Shown piece after piece: positions 20,215 to 30,326 of a DNA stretch of 64,000 nt; the stretch's first letter is position 1; each line of letters starts with the position of its first letter. The stretch is from a virus: the IMG/VR virus record IMGVR_UViG_3300014839_000007; one strand, written 5' to 3'. A program made the position numbers and the translations under genes. The notes under the pieces were generated by a model, which did not search any database, was not told where the DNA came from, and saw nothing but the letters and a program-made list of their open reading frames with translations.

Positions 20215-20808
20215 TCACCTAGTTTGATTTTTTATCTTATTCGCTATAATTCTAACATCTTTTCTTTTAAGATTATTTTTAAATGCATCTTGTAAAATCT
20301 TTAATCTCACCTCTTTTTTCAAACCCTTCGTTTCCGAAATAATTGTAGGGCTCAGAGTTTTAAGTTCATCAGGCAATTTTAATTCATTTCTGTCAAGTGC
20401 TTGTGTAACACTTTGGATACTAACTTTAAGCTTTTTAGCTATATCATTTACACCCATTCCTTCTTTTTTCATTTTAGCAATCTCTTCATCTCTATCATAA
20501 ATATAATTCTTACTTATTTTAATACTGTTGAAACCATTTTTTAAATTCAATTTTTTCTCCTGCAGTTCCGATTGAAGTTTTATTGAATTAAGGATAACAT
20601 TAGTATCTCTATTACCCTTAGACATCTCTGTCAAAACAAGCTTGGATAAATCCCTTTGAAGGGCAGAATATAAATCTTCTGAATCTTCAACCAAATCTTT
20701 TGATTTAAGGACTACCTCTTTTATATCAACATTTAAAATTTTTGCTATATCTTCTTTATTAAACCCCTTTACAAAAAGTTCTCTAACCTTTGATTTATCG
20801 ACACTCAT
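20215..20808 (-). CDS. DNA-binding protein with two HTH motifs (small-terminase-like or regulator)
   Basis: EDIAKILNVDIKEV and VNDIAKKLKVSIQSVTQAL. Confidence 0.35.
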   Translation of the reverse strand: MSVDKSKVRELFVKGFNKEDIAKILNVDIKEVVLKSKDLVEDSEDLYSALQRDLSKLVLTEMSKGNRDTNVILNSIKLQSELQEKKLNLKNGFNSIKISKNYIYDRDEEIAKMKKEGMGVNDIAKKLKVSIQSVTQALDRNELKLPDELKTLSPTIISETKGLKKEVRLKILQDAFKNNLKRKDVRIIANKIKNQTR

Positions 20809-22076
20809 TTTTTCCAGGCTCCATTATACTTGTAGATTATATCCCCATTTTTATCAACTCCGGAAGGAATTAAAGCCTTATCAAAATACTTGTAGGGAGA
20901 ATGTCCACAGTTTGGTTTATTCCACGCATTCCTCATATATTCATACATGCTAAAGTCTTGTTTCTTTAACCTATTGTGATTCCCACCAGTATTAAATCCA
21001 CTTGCCTTACACCATTTGAAACTTTTAAGCCATTTAAAATCTTCCGAGATATCACTAAATTTAACTTGCCCTTTTTTTCTAGCAATAACAATCGCATTAG
21101 TGAATTGACTTTTTTGATAATTTGATAATGTAGGGTGATTGTCAGGAAGTCCGCAGCAACTACCAGTGCAGGATAATTCTTTGTGATGAGCATCAGATAC
21201 ATGCAATCTTAAACCGTATTTTTCACAAGCTTCCTTGATTGGTTTTAAATATTTCATTTTTAAATTATAATTTAATCTTAGATAACCACTTCCCTTGCTT
21301 AATTTTTTGTAATATGCAATTATGTCGAATCCACACAATTGGCTAATTTTTTTAAACTTTTCTTTAGTTAATTTATTTGCTCTCATTTCAAGACAAAAAA
21401 ATTCAGCACTAACAGATTTTACACCTGCCTTCGCAGCGAGTTCAATTAATTTAACACAATCCAAGTTAGTTATCCCTATAATTATAGGTCGAAGTCTCAA
21501 AGTTGTTTCTACTCCAGCATCAGAAAGTTTTTTCAGGACCTCCAATCTTCTTTTTGGAGAAGGAGCCCCAGCTTCCAGAACTTTTGCTATTTTTTCATTG
21601 AGAGTAATTATAGAGCATTTGTAATGATAATTTTCTTTATTCCTCATAAAGGCATCCCAGTACTTTTTATTCCTAAGAAGCAAGTCCGATTTTGAACTAA
21701 AGCTAATTGGATATTTTATATCACTTAAAAAATTCAGCACCTTTAATCCAACACCCAATTCTTCTTCTATAGGACAGAAAGGGTCACTTAAACCACCCCA
21801 TTGCATAGGTTTCCTGTTTCTTGTTATGTAAGCAAATTGCCCCTTATATTTTTTGCTAAACAATTTTTTAAATTTTTCAAAATTAATTGCTTTTATTTGT
21901 TGTTTCTTCCAATAATCTTTTGAGCCAAGACCAATACCTCTTTGAAAGGTACTAAAACAATACAAGCACGAAAATCCACAGTTATTATACTGGTCGAAAG
22001 TCATGGGCATACTACAGTCTAAAATTTCTCCAGTTATTCTTGGTGATTGATATTCTTCTTTACTTAGTTCTACCAT
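20805..22076 (-). CDS. radical SAM domain protein (SplB/DNA-repair-photolyase-like CxxxCxxC)
   Basis: CGFSCLYCF near the N-terminus is the canonical CX3CX2C cluster. About 420 aa. Further Cys-rich region CTGSCCGLPDNHP. Confidence 0.55.
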   Translation of the reverse strand: MVELSKEEYQSPRITGEILDCSMPMTFDQYNNCGFSCLYCFSTFQRGIGLGSKDYWKKQQIKAINFEKFKKLFSKKYKGQFAYITRNRKPMQWGGLSDPFCPIEEELGVGLKVLNFLSDIKYPISFSSKSDLLLRNKKYWDAFMRNKENYHYKCSIITLNEKIAKVLEAGAPSPKRRLEVLKKLSDAGVETTLRLRPIIIGITNLDCVKLIELAAKAGVKSVSAEFFCLEMRANKLTKEKFKKISQLCGFDIIAYYKKLSKGSGYLRLNYNLKMKYLKPIKEACEKYGLRLHVSDAHHKELSCTGSCCGLPDNHPTLSNYQKSQFTNAIVIARKKGQVKFSDISEDFKWLKSFKWCKASGFNTGGNHNRLKKQDFSMYEYMRNAWNKPNCGHSPYKYFDKALIPSGVDKNGDIIYKYNGAWKK

Positions 22077-22722
22077 TTTTTGTAGCCAGCTTTACAGCTT
22101 TTTTGAATTTAAAAAATTCTTTATCATCCGAAGTAAGGGGGTTTAACAAATCACCATTAAATTTTATTTTATTTTTTTTTCCAGCAGCAGCAACATTTTT
22201 CAACTTTTTTATATCGTGGTTAGCAGTCCCGCCAAAGTATTGATGCAATGCAGTATACTCTTTTTTAGGAATATAAAATGATAGTGGAATTCTTTCTTCA
22301 CCAATCTTCCCCACAATCTCCTGTTTTTCATAGTCCCCTTTCCCAATTGAGAAATCTCCCATTGCTGTATACTCAGCTTGAGAGAAACCAGTATATTCTA
22401 AATTATCAAATGAACCAAGAATAGAACTTAGTTTTTCATAGTCCCATTCACCACTTATTCTATTTAGAGCCAAGTTTAATTTTTTCTCATTAACTTCGTC
22501 TAAGTCTACATACAAAACAGGGAGTTCTTTAAAGTCGAGTTCTTTCGCCGCCCGAACAGTTTGGTGCCCAGAAATTAACACCTTGTTTTTTTTATTAATA
22601 ATTAGTGGTCGAACACAACCATATTTTTTTAAACTCTTTTTTAAGTTTTCGAATTCTGCATTGTTCATCAACCTTGGATTATACTTTGCAGGATTAACTT
22701 CTGATATCTTAATAATCTCCAT
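22060..22722 (-). CDS. ParB-like nuclease domain protein
   Basis: KYNPRLMNNAEFENLKKSLKKYGCVRPLIIN...ISGHQTVRAAKEL matches ParB N-domain motifs (PR, GHHRxRAA). Confidence 0.55.
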   Translation of the reverse strand: MEIIKISEVNPAKYNPRLMNNAEFENLKKSLKKYGCVRPLIINKKNKVLISGHQTVRAAKELDFKELPVLYVDLDEVNEKKLNLALNRISGEWDYEKLSSILGSFDNLEYTGFSQAEYTAMGDFSIGKGDYEKQEIVGKIGEERIPLSFYIPKKEYTALHQYFGGTANHDIKKLKNVAAAGKKNKIKFNGDLLNPLTSDDKEFFKFKKAVKLATKNGRTK

Positions 22723-22762
22723 TATATATATGAGTCAAATGAATTTATAAATCTACCTATAT

Positions 22763-23029
22763 TCACTTTAGCCAAGTTTTAACTATCTTTTTCTTAAGAT
22801 ATTCTCCATATTTGCCTTCTTTATTATGATATTCCTTCATGGAAGCATCTAAACATTCCTTACACAATTTAAATCTTGGTTCAAGATATTCTCCCTTAAG
22901 ATGTATAACCAACGTGAAATAAGGATTTCCTTGAGCTATTACTTTATTACAATGATGGCACTTACAAACCTGTTTATGTGCGTAATTTACAGTCATATTA
23001 ATTATCTTATTTTTACTATTTTTTCCCAT
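22763..23029 (-). CDS. Zn-finger protein, tandem paralog of 23042..23296
   Basis: The block NxTVxxAHxxxCxCxHCxKxIxxGxPYF...Cxxc...KEGxYGEXLKxKI is shared by both. Confidence 0.4.
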   Translation of the reverse strand: MGKNSKNKIINMTVNYAHKQVCKCHHCNKVIAQGNPYFTLVIHLKGEYLEPRFKLCKECLDASMKEYHNKEGKYGEYLKKKIVKTWLK

Positions 23030-23041
23030 TTTATAATCCTA

Positions 23042-23296
23042 TTATAAATTTCTAGCTATTTTTCTTTTTAGCCATTCACCATAATTTCCTTCCTTTGTTT
23101 TATAATCATTAATAGATTTATCCATGCAGATATAACATATATTTCTTTTAGTCACAATCCCATAGCCATAAGTAGAAATTAAATTAAACATAAAATAAGG
23201 AGTTCCCTTTAATATTTCTTTTTTGCAATGAGAACAAAAACATTTTTTGTTATGAGCAAAAGTTACAGTTATCCTTGTTTTATTACGTTTTGCCAT
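23042..23296 (-). CDS. Zn-finger protein, tandem paralog of 22763..23029
   Basis: See the paralog alignment above. Confidence 0.4.
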   Translation of the reverse strand: MAKRNKTRITVTFAHNKKCFCSHCKKEILKGTPYFMFNLISTYGYGIVTKRNICYICMDKSINDYKTKEGNYGEWLKRKIARNL

Positions 23297-23662
23297 TTTA
23301 TTCTGTTAATTTCCAAAATTCTTTTAAAACTTCATACCTTTCTTTGGATAATTCAACCATTGGTAGAGGATGTTTTTTATTATCTAAGATAAGAAAGTAT
23401 TTCTCATCTCTCTTTACAATTTTAAATTTTCCTTTCATTATTTTATTCATTTTTAAAATTCCCAGAATCTAGCGCATCTAAGATTAGCTTTTTAACAACC
23501 GTGCCACTAAGTTCTAATTCTCCATTTACTTTAAGTTTTTGTTTCTCTGGAATAGATAATTTTAAATTAATTTCTATTGGAATCTCAGTTTCTTTTAATG
23601 TTTTAGGCAACTTTTTAACTGCCCTAAATTTCCCATTGTGATAGTTGAGAATAATAAATCCC

Positions 23663-24214
23663 TTAAATTCTTTGAAATTTGCCATTTATATCCCTACCTT
23701 TTTTAGTTATTTTTGCATGTTCACTTTGAGTTAGTTTTTGTAAATTTTCAAATCTGTCATCAGTTTTTATACCATTTATATGATGCAATCTATAAGGATA
23801 TTTTATTATCTCTCCAGTATTCTCAAACCAAACTAAATCTGCTCTTTTAATATATCCTACATTTTTTCCTTTATTATAAATATAATAATATCCTTCATGT
23901 AATATTTTTCCGCCTTTCCATCTTCCGCTTTTTTCACCAATAAATTTCCCTTTTCTTGATTTTCCAATATTTAATCTATGCTTTCTAGAAAATTTCTTTC
24001 CTTTATTGGGTCCTTGTAATTTTCCTTCTTTAAACAATTTTTCCTTCGTTTTGCTTATTTTTAGTTTAGTATTTTCAGAAACTAAATGTCCCTTTAGAGC
24101 TAAACTTATTTTTTTCCTAATTTTAGTTCTTTTAGCAGGATTTTTATTTCCACTCATTCTTAACCTTAATTTAACTAATTGTTCATCAGTTCTTTGATAA
24201 ATTCCTTTTGGCAT
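23663..24214 (-). CDS. HNH homing-type endonuclease with NUMOD-like repeats
   Basis: C-terminal YRLHHINGIKTDDRFENLQKLTQSEH (HNH). N-terminal repeated K-rich [KISxxxKG] modules. Confidence 0.7.
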   Translation of the reverse strand: MPKGIYQRTDEQLVKLRLRMSGNKNPAKRTKIRKKISLALKGHLVSENTKLKISKTKEKLFKEGKLQGPNKGKKFSRKHRLNIGKSRKGKFIGEKSGRWKGGKILHEGYYYIYNKGKNVGYIKRADLVWFENTGEIIKYPYRLHHINGIKTDDRFENLQKLTQSEHAKITKKGRDINGKFQRI

Positions 24215-24246
24215 TTTATAATTACTAAAATAGTATTACTTATCCT

Positions 24247-24459
24247 TTAAATATCTTTTTCCTCTTGATGTTTTTTGTAAATATCTTCTCTTGTTAATAC
24301 CATTCCAACAATCTTTCCTCCATCTGTTAAGTTAAATTCAACTTCGTATCCACTTTTTCTAAACTGCCATTTTAATGAGCAGGGATAACACCATTTACTG
24401 TGTTCCGCATTTGTATAATTTCCACAAGTTTCAAAATTAGAACATTTATACTTTTCCAT
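24247..24459 (-). CDS. small Cys-rich protein
   Basis: CSNFETCGN...CYPC. Confidence 0.3.
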   Translation of the reverse strand: MEKYKCSNFETCGNYTNAEHSKWCYPCSLKWQFRKSGYEVEFNLTDGGKIVGMVLTREDIYKKHQEEKDI

Positions 24460-25138
24460 CTTTTTCTGCTTTATACTTCATATATTCCTTAATAAATTCT
24501 TGCTCATCTTCTTTTCTTTTTTGAATGTCACTTTGATTTTCTACCTCAGGAAATTCTATCATTGGTTTTTTAATTAAGACATCATCAAGATAAGTATAAT
24601 CACATCCCAAATCATCTTTTCTATTTAAGACAGGAACTTCACTTTCTCTTTTTACATTATAAGGATTTTCATGCTTCCCTAAAGGTTCTTCTTCATGTAA
24701 TATATTTGGTGTTGGAAGAGTTCTATCAATTTTATTATCACAAGTGCAGGGCTTATTAAAACACCGACCACAATTCTCATCTAAAGATGAACTAAAAATA
24801 TTTCCTTTGCCTTCTATTTTATAAGATGGCTCTGTTTCAATATTAAACAAAAGCTGAATGTCTTTTGCCCAAATGTAGGGTATTTTTTTACCTTCTAAAC
24901 TTTCACATATTTTTTCTCTGTCATCACTCATAGAGGGATAACAATATCTTGCACAACCCCAATAGTCATATGCTTCTTTAAATCCACAAACCTGTATAGC
25001 ATTTATAGTATACCTTCCCGAGCCTGCAGGAGTAAATATATTACCAATTTCTTTTTTAACTAACTCTTCATCATATCCAAAGATAGTTACTTCTTGTGGA
25101 CTTTTTAACTCAAATTCAATTCTTATTAATTTTTTCAT
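24446..25138 (-). CDS. hypothetical protein (230 aa)
   Basis: Minus-strand ORF with several Cys. No family recognised. Confidence 0.35.
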   Translation of the reverse strand: MKKLIRIEFELKSPQEVTIFGYDEELVKKEIGNIFTPAGSGRYTINAIQVCGFKEAYDYWGCARYCYPSMSDDREKICESLEGKKIPYIWAKDIQLLFNIETEPSYKIEGKGNIFSSSLDENCGRCFNKPCTCDNKIDRTLPTPNILHEEEPLGKHENPYNVKRESEVPVLNRKDDLGCDYTYLDDVLIKKPMIEFPEVENQSDIQKRKEDEQEFIKEYMKYKAEKDGKV

Positions 25139-25234
25139 TTTAATTCTGCTATTTTATATCTAAGATACATCGCAGGGCTCATACCAACGGTCGTATCATA
25201 ACACACAGTTAAAAACAAACTTAACAAAATTATT

Positions 25235-25642
25235 TTAATTTCTTTTTTCATTTAACCTCTTTCTTAAACCTACCAGTGTTTCATCTGACTCTTCTTTCCA
25301 GTCATTTTCATCTAACAAATCTGCCCAACCAAATACACTCCAATTAACTTCATATTTAACTTCTTCAAAATTATATTTAGCAATTAAGCCTTCTTTAACC
25401 TCTTCAACCATGTATTGAAAAGATGGTTTTAAAGATATTTCATCCTTCTTTTCCTCTTCAATTAAATCTCTACAAATAGTAGCAATCATTTCTGTTATTT
25501 CTTCATTTGAAAATTTCTTCTTGTGGCTTAATTCAAAATATTCACTTTCTTCACAAGAATAATATCCAATCTTATAATTATACATTTTTACATTTCTCAC
25601 ATTTATATAAAGAAAAACCACCCAACCATTTATAGAGTTCAT
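25235..25642 (-). CDS. hypothetical acidic protein
   Basis: ORF lying downstream of a heptad motif. Confidence 0.35.
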   Translation of the reverse strand: MNSINGWVVFLYINVRNVKMYNYKIGYYSCEESEYFELSHKKKFSNEEITEMIATICRDLIEEEKKDEISLKPSFQYMVEEVKEGLIAKYNFEEVKYEVNWSVFGWADLLDENDWKEESDETLVGLRKRLNEKRN

Positions 25643-25757
25643 CCCAACAACAAAATATCATTTCTTCTGGTTCTTCTTTCTCTTTCAATGGTTTACCATA
25701 CTTTTGATACGCTTTAACTATTATGTAACCTGTTTTTCCTGTATCACTCATTTTATA

Positions 25758-25781
25758 ATTTTAGCCTTTAGCATTTAGCCA
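25758..25781 (-). promoter_or_regulatory. triple heptad KGCTAAA element (copy 1 of 5)
   Basis: Plus strand tttagcctttagcatttagccac; in gene orientation GTGGCTAAATGCTAAAGGCTAAA. Confidence 0.5.
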
Positions 25782-27362
25782 CACCATATCTTGCTGAAGT
25801 CCGCCTTAAAGTACCGGACAGGAATGGACTGCATTGTACCATCCTTAGTGAATATAATCTGGACCGAACCATCTTTACCGAAGTCCAACTTACGTGACCG
25901 GGCTTCAATGGACTACGCCACATGAATATAGTTATGGTGCGATTTATTAAATTAAGTTAACGTTAATTGGGGTAGGTGTAGTAAGGATTTCATAATAATT
26001 ATTTTACAATTTTCCTACCTTCAACCTTACCCTTCTTTTTTAATTCTTCATTTTGGTTTTTTATTCTACCAATACAATAAAAACAAACGTAACCAAATAA
26101 ACATTCGTATATAGTATAGCTGTCTGCATCAAACCATTTACCACAAATGCAGCATTGTTCTTTACAAAAAACATTATTCTTTAATCTGTATATTTTTAAA
26201 TTCATTTTCTACACCTTAGCATACTTCGCTCCGACTTACTTTAAGGCACTTCATTGCACCTCTCTAGACTTCTAACTATGAAAATAACTTTTTTGACCTA
26301 TCCGAATTTAAAAAATTTATTAATCCTCTTCTTCATCAATTATGATTTCATCTTCATCAACATCTACATCCATCATATCATCTATTTCTTCATCATCTTT
26401 TTCTTTTAATTTTTCTTTTTCCATTTTTCCTCCTTTCACTTTTCTTCTACTAAAAAATAATGCCAAACTAACCTTTCCTTTTTATCAGCGATTGATAGTT
26501 TAGATTTTACATCGTGTTTCCAAGTAGTAACTTCTTCAACCAATGTAGTCAAATAAATTGCTCCTTTTGGTATTTCCATTCCTGTTCCATACTTATATAC
26601 TTTTTTCATTTAATTCCTCCTTTATAAAATTTTCCTAACCATACCTTAACTTAATACACCCCACTGCACTCCACTTCTCTTTATCAAACTCCACTGAAAC
26701 ACATTACACTGAGCCTGACTTTATGAATATGAAAATCCTTGCCTTAACTCACAATACCTAAACCACATACCAACTCAACTTACTCAACCTTGAATATAAT
26801 TCCAAACCCCACCATAACAAACTCCAATTAAGTATACCTTACAAGACCCAATCAGACTAGAATGCAACACACTAGAACATTATTTTTTGAATATGAAAAT
26901 CCTTACTGCACCTTACCTTTCACCTTATCCCAATGTAACGTAGCTTACTGCTTCTTACCAAAATGGAGCATACCAAATCGGACTATACAGCACTCCGACA
27001 AATATGAATATAAATAAATTCCGCACCTTAACATAACCCATCACACAACATCACACTATACTCAACCCCAAACTACCCTTAACTATAAATATAAATCCTT
27101 ACCTTATCCCATATAAACTTGACCGGACATTACTCCGCCTTACTTAACCAAGCCTAAATAAATATAAATTCCGCACCATATCTTACAGCATTTTGCTTTA
27201 CTCTACCAGACTAAACTGGACTCCGTGAATATAAAATCCTTACCTCAACATTCCCTACTTACCTTACTGGGCTGGAACCCACTTTGAATATAATTCCAAA
27301 CCTCACTTAACCTTATCTTACCCTATTGCAACTCACAAAATAATACCATTCCTAAATATAAA
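25782..27362. repeat. array B: degenerate roughly 70-bp unit array interrupted by three tiny minus-strand ORFs
   Basis: Motif starts near 25845 and 25918, then 26724, 26791, 26888, 27005, 27083, 27155, 27226, 27286 and 27352. Same consensus and G-depleted spacers as array A. Confidence 0.75.
25999..26205 (-). CDS. small Zn-finger protein embedded in array B
   Basis: CCICGKW...CFYC. Confidence 0.35.
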   Translation of the reverse strand: MNLKIYRLKNNVFCKEQCCICGKWFDADSYTIYECLFGYVCFYCIGRIKNQNEELKKKGKVEGRKIVK

Positions 27363-27508
27363 TTTAAAAAAATAAAAATTAGTCTAAACTTTCTTTTGGA
27401 TAATTTAATTTGATTTCTTTTACTGCTTCTCGGTATTCTTTAGAATTTAATCCGAAAATTCTTTCGGCATCTTCTAAATCATTCCACAAATCAATTAAAT
27501 CAGCCATT

Positions 27509-28138
27509 TTACGCTGTAGCTACAGTGAACATTCCGTATTGACCTCCGTGTTGAGGTGTCCACGAACCAACTCCAATGTGAAATCCAGCTAGCTTTGCTA
27601 ACTCAATTATCTGTACTGGGGTTATTTGCTGTTCATTGTACCTAATTGTTAAGACACAACTCCATTCTTGAAACTCTGGTCTCCATATTTCTCTTGGGGC
27701 TCTATTTATACCACTATCCCTGCCCATAGCTTTGTTGGTTACTTGTTTCTTATATTTTATAGGTGCTAATTCCCCCAAAATAAAGAAAGAACCCTTAGCT
27801 TTCTTTTTATCCAGACCATCCAAATATGGTGCTGCTTCTACCATAGCTTTCTTAAATCCACTAGTTGGAAAACACACTTCACCCTTTGAGTTTTTGTGTA
27901 TCTTTTCCTTAACTTCGTTTTCTAAGTCTCTATTCTTGTTTTTCTCTTTTCCTTTACCTTCAACCATATTCTTAAGTTGTTCTCTAATTCTATCACTCAT
28001 TTTTTCTTGCAACAAAGATGTTTCTCCATTAACTTTTAATGACATCGTAGCAATTTTAATTGGAGTAATAGTTACCTGAACTTTCTTATTAGGTGTCTTT
28101 TCAACTTCAACTTTCTTCGCCTTATCTTCTTTTATCAT
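27509..28138 (-). CDS. conserved hypothetical protein (GSWTPQHGGQYG family), intact paralog
   Basis: 209 aa. C-terminal GFHIGVGSWTPQHGGQYG is shared with 28781..29382. A repeat unit lies immediately upstream. Confidence 0.5.
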   Translation of the reverse strand: MIKEDKAKKVEVEKTPNKKVQVTITPIKIATMSLKVNGETSLLQEKMSDRIREQLKNMVEGKGKEKNKNRDLENEVKEKIHKNSKGEVCFPTSGFKKAMVEAAPYLDGLDKKKAKGSFFILGELAPIKYKKQVTNKAMGRDSGINRAPREIWRPEFQEWSCVLTIRYNEQQITPVQIIELAKLAGFHIGVGSWTPQHGGQYGMFTVATA

Positions 28139-28214
28139 TTCTTTTTACCTCCTTTCATTTATATAAAATATTCCTTACCTTAACTGAACTCAATCCTGCT
28201 CAATCACACCTTAC

Positions 28215-28415
28215 TTAAGTCCGTCTCGGTTTGCGTACTTCTTCCCAATCATTATTCTCTTTCTTTTTAGTGAATTTTTGAAGTAAATCCTTGTGCCCAC
28301 AATTTTTACACACTAAAACTATCTTAAACAATTCTTCTTCTTTTATATTCGGATGTTGTTCTGCAAACTCTTTTAAAGTTATAACTTCCGGTTCTTCTTC
28401 TTTTATTTCTTCCAT
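28215..28415 (-). CDS. small hypothetical protein with CxxC
   Basis: ORF preceded by a repeat unit at about 28416-28500. Confidence 0.3.
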   Translation of the reverse strand: MEEIKEEEPEVITLKEFAEQHPNIKEEELFKIVLVCKNCGHKDLLQKFTKKKENNDWEEVRKPRRT

Positions 28416-28780
28416 TTAATATATGTCCGCACCAAACTGAATCACTATACCCTAATCCACCCTATAGCATCGTACCATAAATATTATTCTTTGTTAATTC
28501 TTTCAATTTCCTTTTTTACTGCTATTTGAATTAAAGTATCATCACTATAGCTCATACCATCTTTAGCCAAAAGCAATCTCCTAAAATCTTCAAGCAACTT
28601 TTTTGTTTTATCTTTCATTATTAATCCTCATCCAAATAATCCTCACTATGAAAATCTTTAATTGCTTGTTTTTTATCCTTTAAACTTATCATATCTGTTA
28701 ATACATCTAAACTATTTCCTCTAACCCACATTTCTGCAATTCTATAAAATTCATCTTCTATTTCTTCTTTTTTCATTTTA

Positions 28781-29382
28781 TTATTTAACTTTAAATTTAC
28801 CATATTGACCTCCGTGTTGAGGTGTCCACGAACCAACTCCAATGTGAAATCCAGCTAGATTTGCCAATTCAATTAAATCTTTTTCTGTTATTCTTTGAGA
28901 ATTATATTTAATTGTTAGAATACAATTCCAATTTTCAAATGAGGGGTATCGCATAAGCCTTTTTGTTTTTTCTCTGCCAAAATTGATGCCAAAAAATCTA
29001 ATTGTACTTTGTTTCTTATATTTAATAGGAACTAAGTCACCTATAATAAAGAAACCTCCCTTTGTGTCACCCTTACTTAAATGTGAATGATATGGACTTG
29101 CTTCTACCATAGCTTTCTTAAATCCACTAGTTGGAAAACACACTTCACCTTTAGCATTTCGATGTATCATTTCATCCACTCTTTTTTGTAATTCTTCTTC
29201 TTCATCATAATCCTTTAACGTTTTACTCTTCCCTTCAACCATATTCTTAAGTGTTCTCTAATCCTATCACTCATCTTTCCCATAATTAAAGGACTTGTTC
29301 CTTTAATATTTAATTTCATTGTAGCAATCTTAATCGGAGTAATAGTTACATTTACTCTTTTTTTTATGTTTTGAAAATTCAT
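28781..29382 (-). pseudogene. frameshifted paralog of 27509..28138 (1-nt deletion near 29250)
   Basis: Track ORF 28781..29242 aligns to residues about 60-209 of the intact copy. The N-terminal 47 aa (MNFQNIKKRVNVTITPIKIATMKLNIKGTSPLIMGKMSDRIREHL) are encoded in another frame at 29243..29382. The plus strand has aagtgttctc here versus aagttgttctc in copy 1. Confidence 0.5.
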
Positions 29383-29472
29383 TTTTTGTTTCCTTTTTAA
29401 TTAAATCTAAACCTTACCTTATCTCATTTCACCTCAATGGAACTTATCTAACTGCCCCATACTTAAGAATAT

Positions 29473-29856
29473 TTATATTTCTTCTGTAAACTCCATAATC
29501 CTTTCTGCAATTTCTCCCTCAAGGGAATAATATGTTTCTCCACAAATAACTGCTGGGTCTTCTATACCACTTTCTTCGGCTATTTTAGTATTCAGGTTTA
29601 TCTCCGGATGTTGTATTTCCACAACGTCACTAACCCTATCAATTATTTCATTCGCTAACTCTTCATATTTAGAAAACATTTCTTCATCTGTTTTATTTTC
29701 TAATCTTTTAATTATTTCCTTTCTTAAATCTTTTTTTCTTGTGTTCAAGAAAGTATTATTTGCTTTAACTTCAAATTCAATATTATCTATCCAAAAACTG
29801 TCTCCGACACAAAAATCTCCATCATTTACAGCTATTAAAAATTCTTCTCTTTTCAT
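29473..29856 (-). CDS. hypothetical acidic protein
   Basis: Minus-strand ORF. Confidence 0.35.
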   Translation of the reverse strand: MKREEFLIAVNDGDFCVGDSFWIDNIEFEVKANNTFLNTRKKDLRKEIIKRLENKTDEEMFSKYEELANEIIDRVSDVVEIQHPEINLNTKIAEESGIEDPAVICGETYYSLEGEIAERIMEFTEEI

Positions 29857-30326
29857 CTTTCTTTTAATTCCTTCTTTTTAATTATGATATTCGCTCCTAA
29901 TTTAGGAGAATAAACCATTACACTAATTTTAGTTATTTCCTGTAAAACTTCAACATTATCAACTAATCTTTCCCCTTCAAATTCTAAATCAATATGATAT
30001 TTTTTCATATTCTATTAAATGATTTTCCAATTTCCTTTTTTGGAACTTTTATTTTAAATCCAGTAGGATATTCTGTTAATTCTACTTCATCATTAAAATC
30101 TTTAGTACACTCATATTCTATTCCATTTAAATCCCTAAGCCATTCTTTTATTTTCATTATAATCCTTACCTTATCACACTCCAAAGCACCGAACTTAAGT
30201 CCGCAAGTACCTTACTTTATGAATATAAATCCACACCATAACGCTAACGAAGTGAGCCTTAATACACTTAATCTTGCTGTACTCCACTGTTACTAAATAA
30301 AACCCACTGCACTTAACCACATAATA

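Noticed and set aside
20215-22076. Small/large terminase pair (HTH protein followed by a 423-aa protein)
   Set aside because: The large ORF has a radical-SAM CX3CX2C cluster and no Walker A/B ATPase or RNaseH-like nuclease motifs expected of a large terminase. The HTH protein alone is not diagnostic.
26290-26424. Very acidic mini-ORF (MEKEKLKEKDDEEIDDMMDVDVDEDEIIIDEEED) as a real gene
   Set aside because: Only about 35 codons, embedded in the repeat array. It could be translated but is not supportable from sequence alone. It is mentioned under the array finding and not called as a feature.
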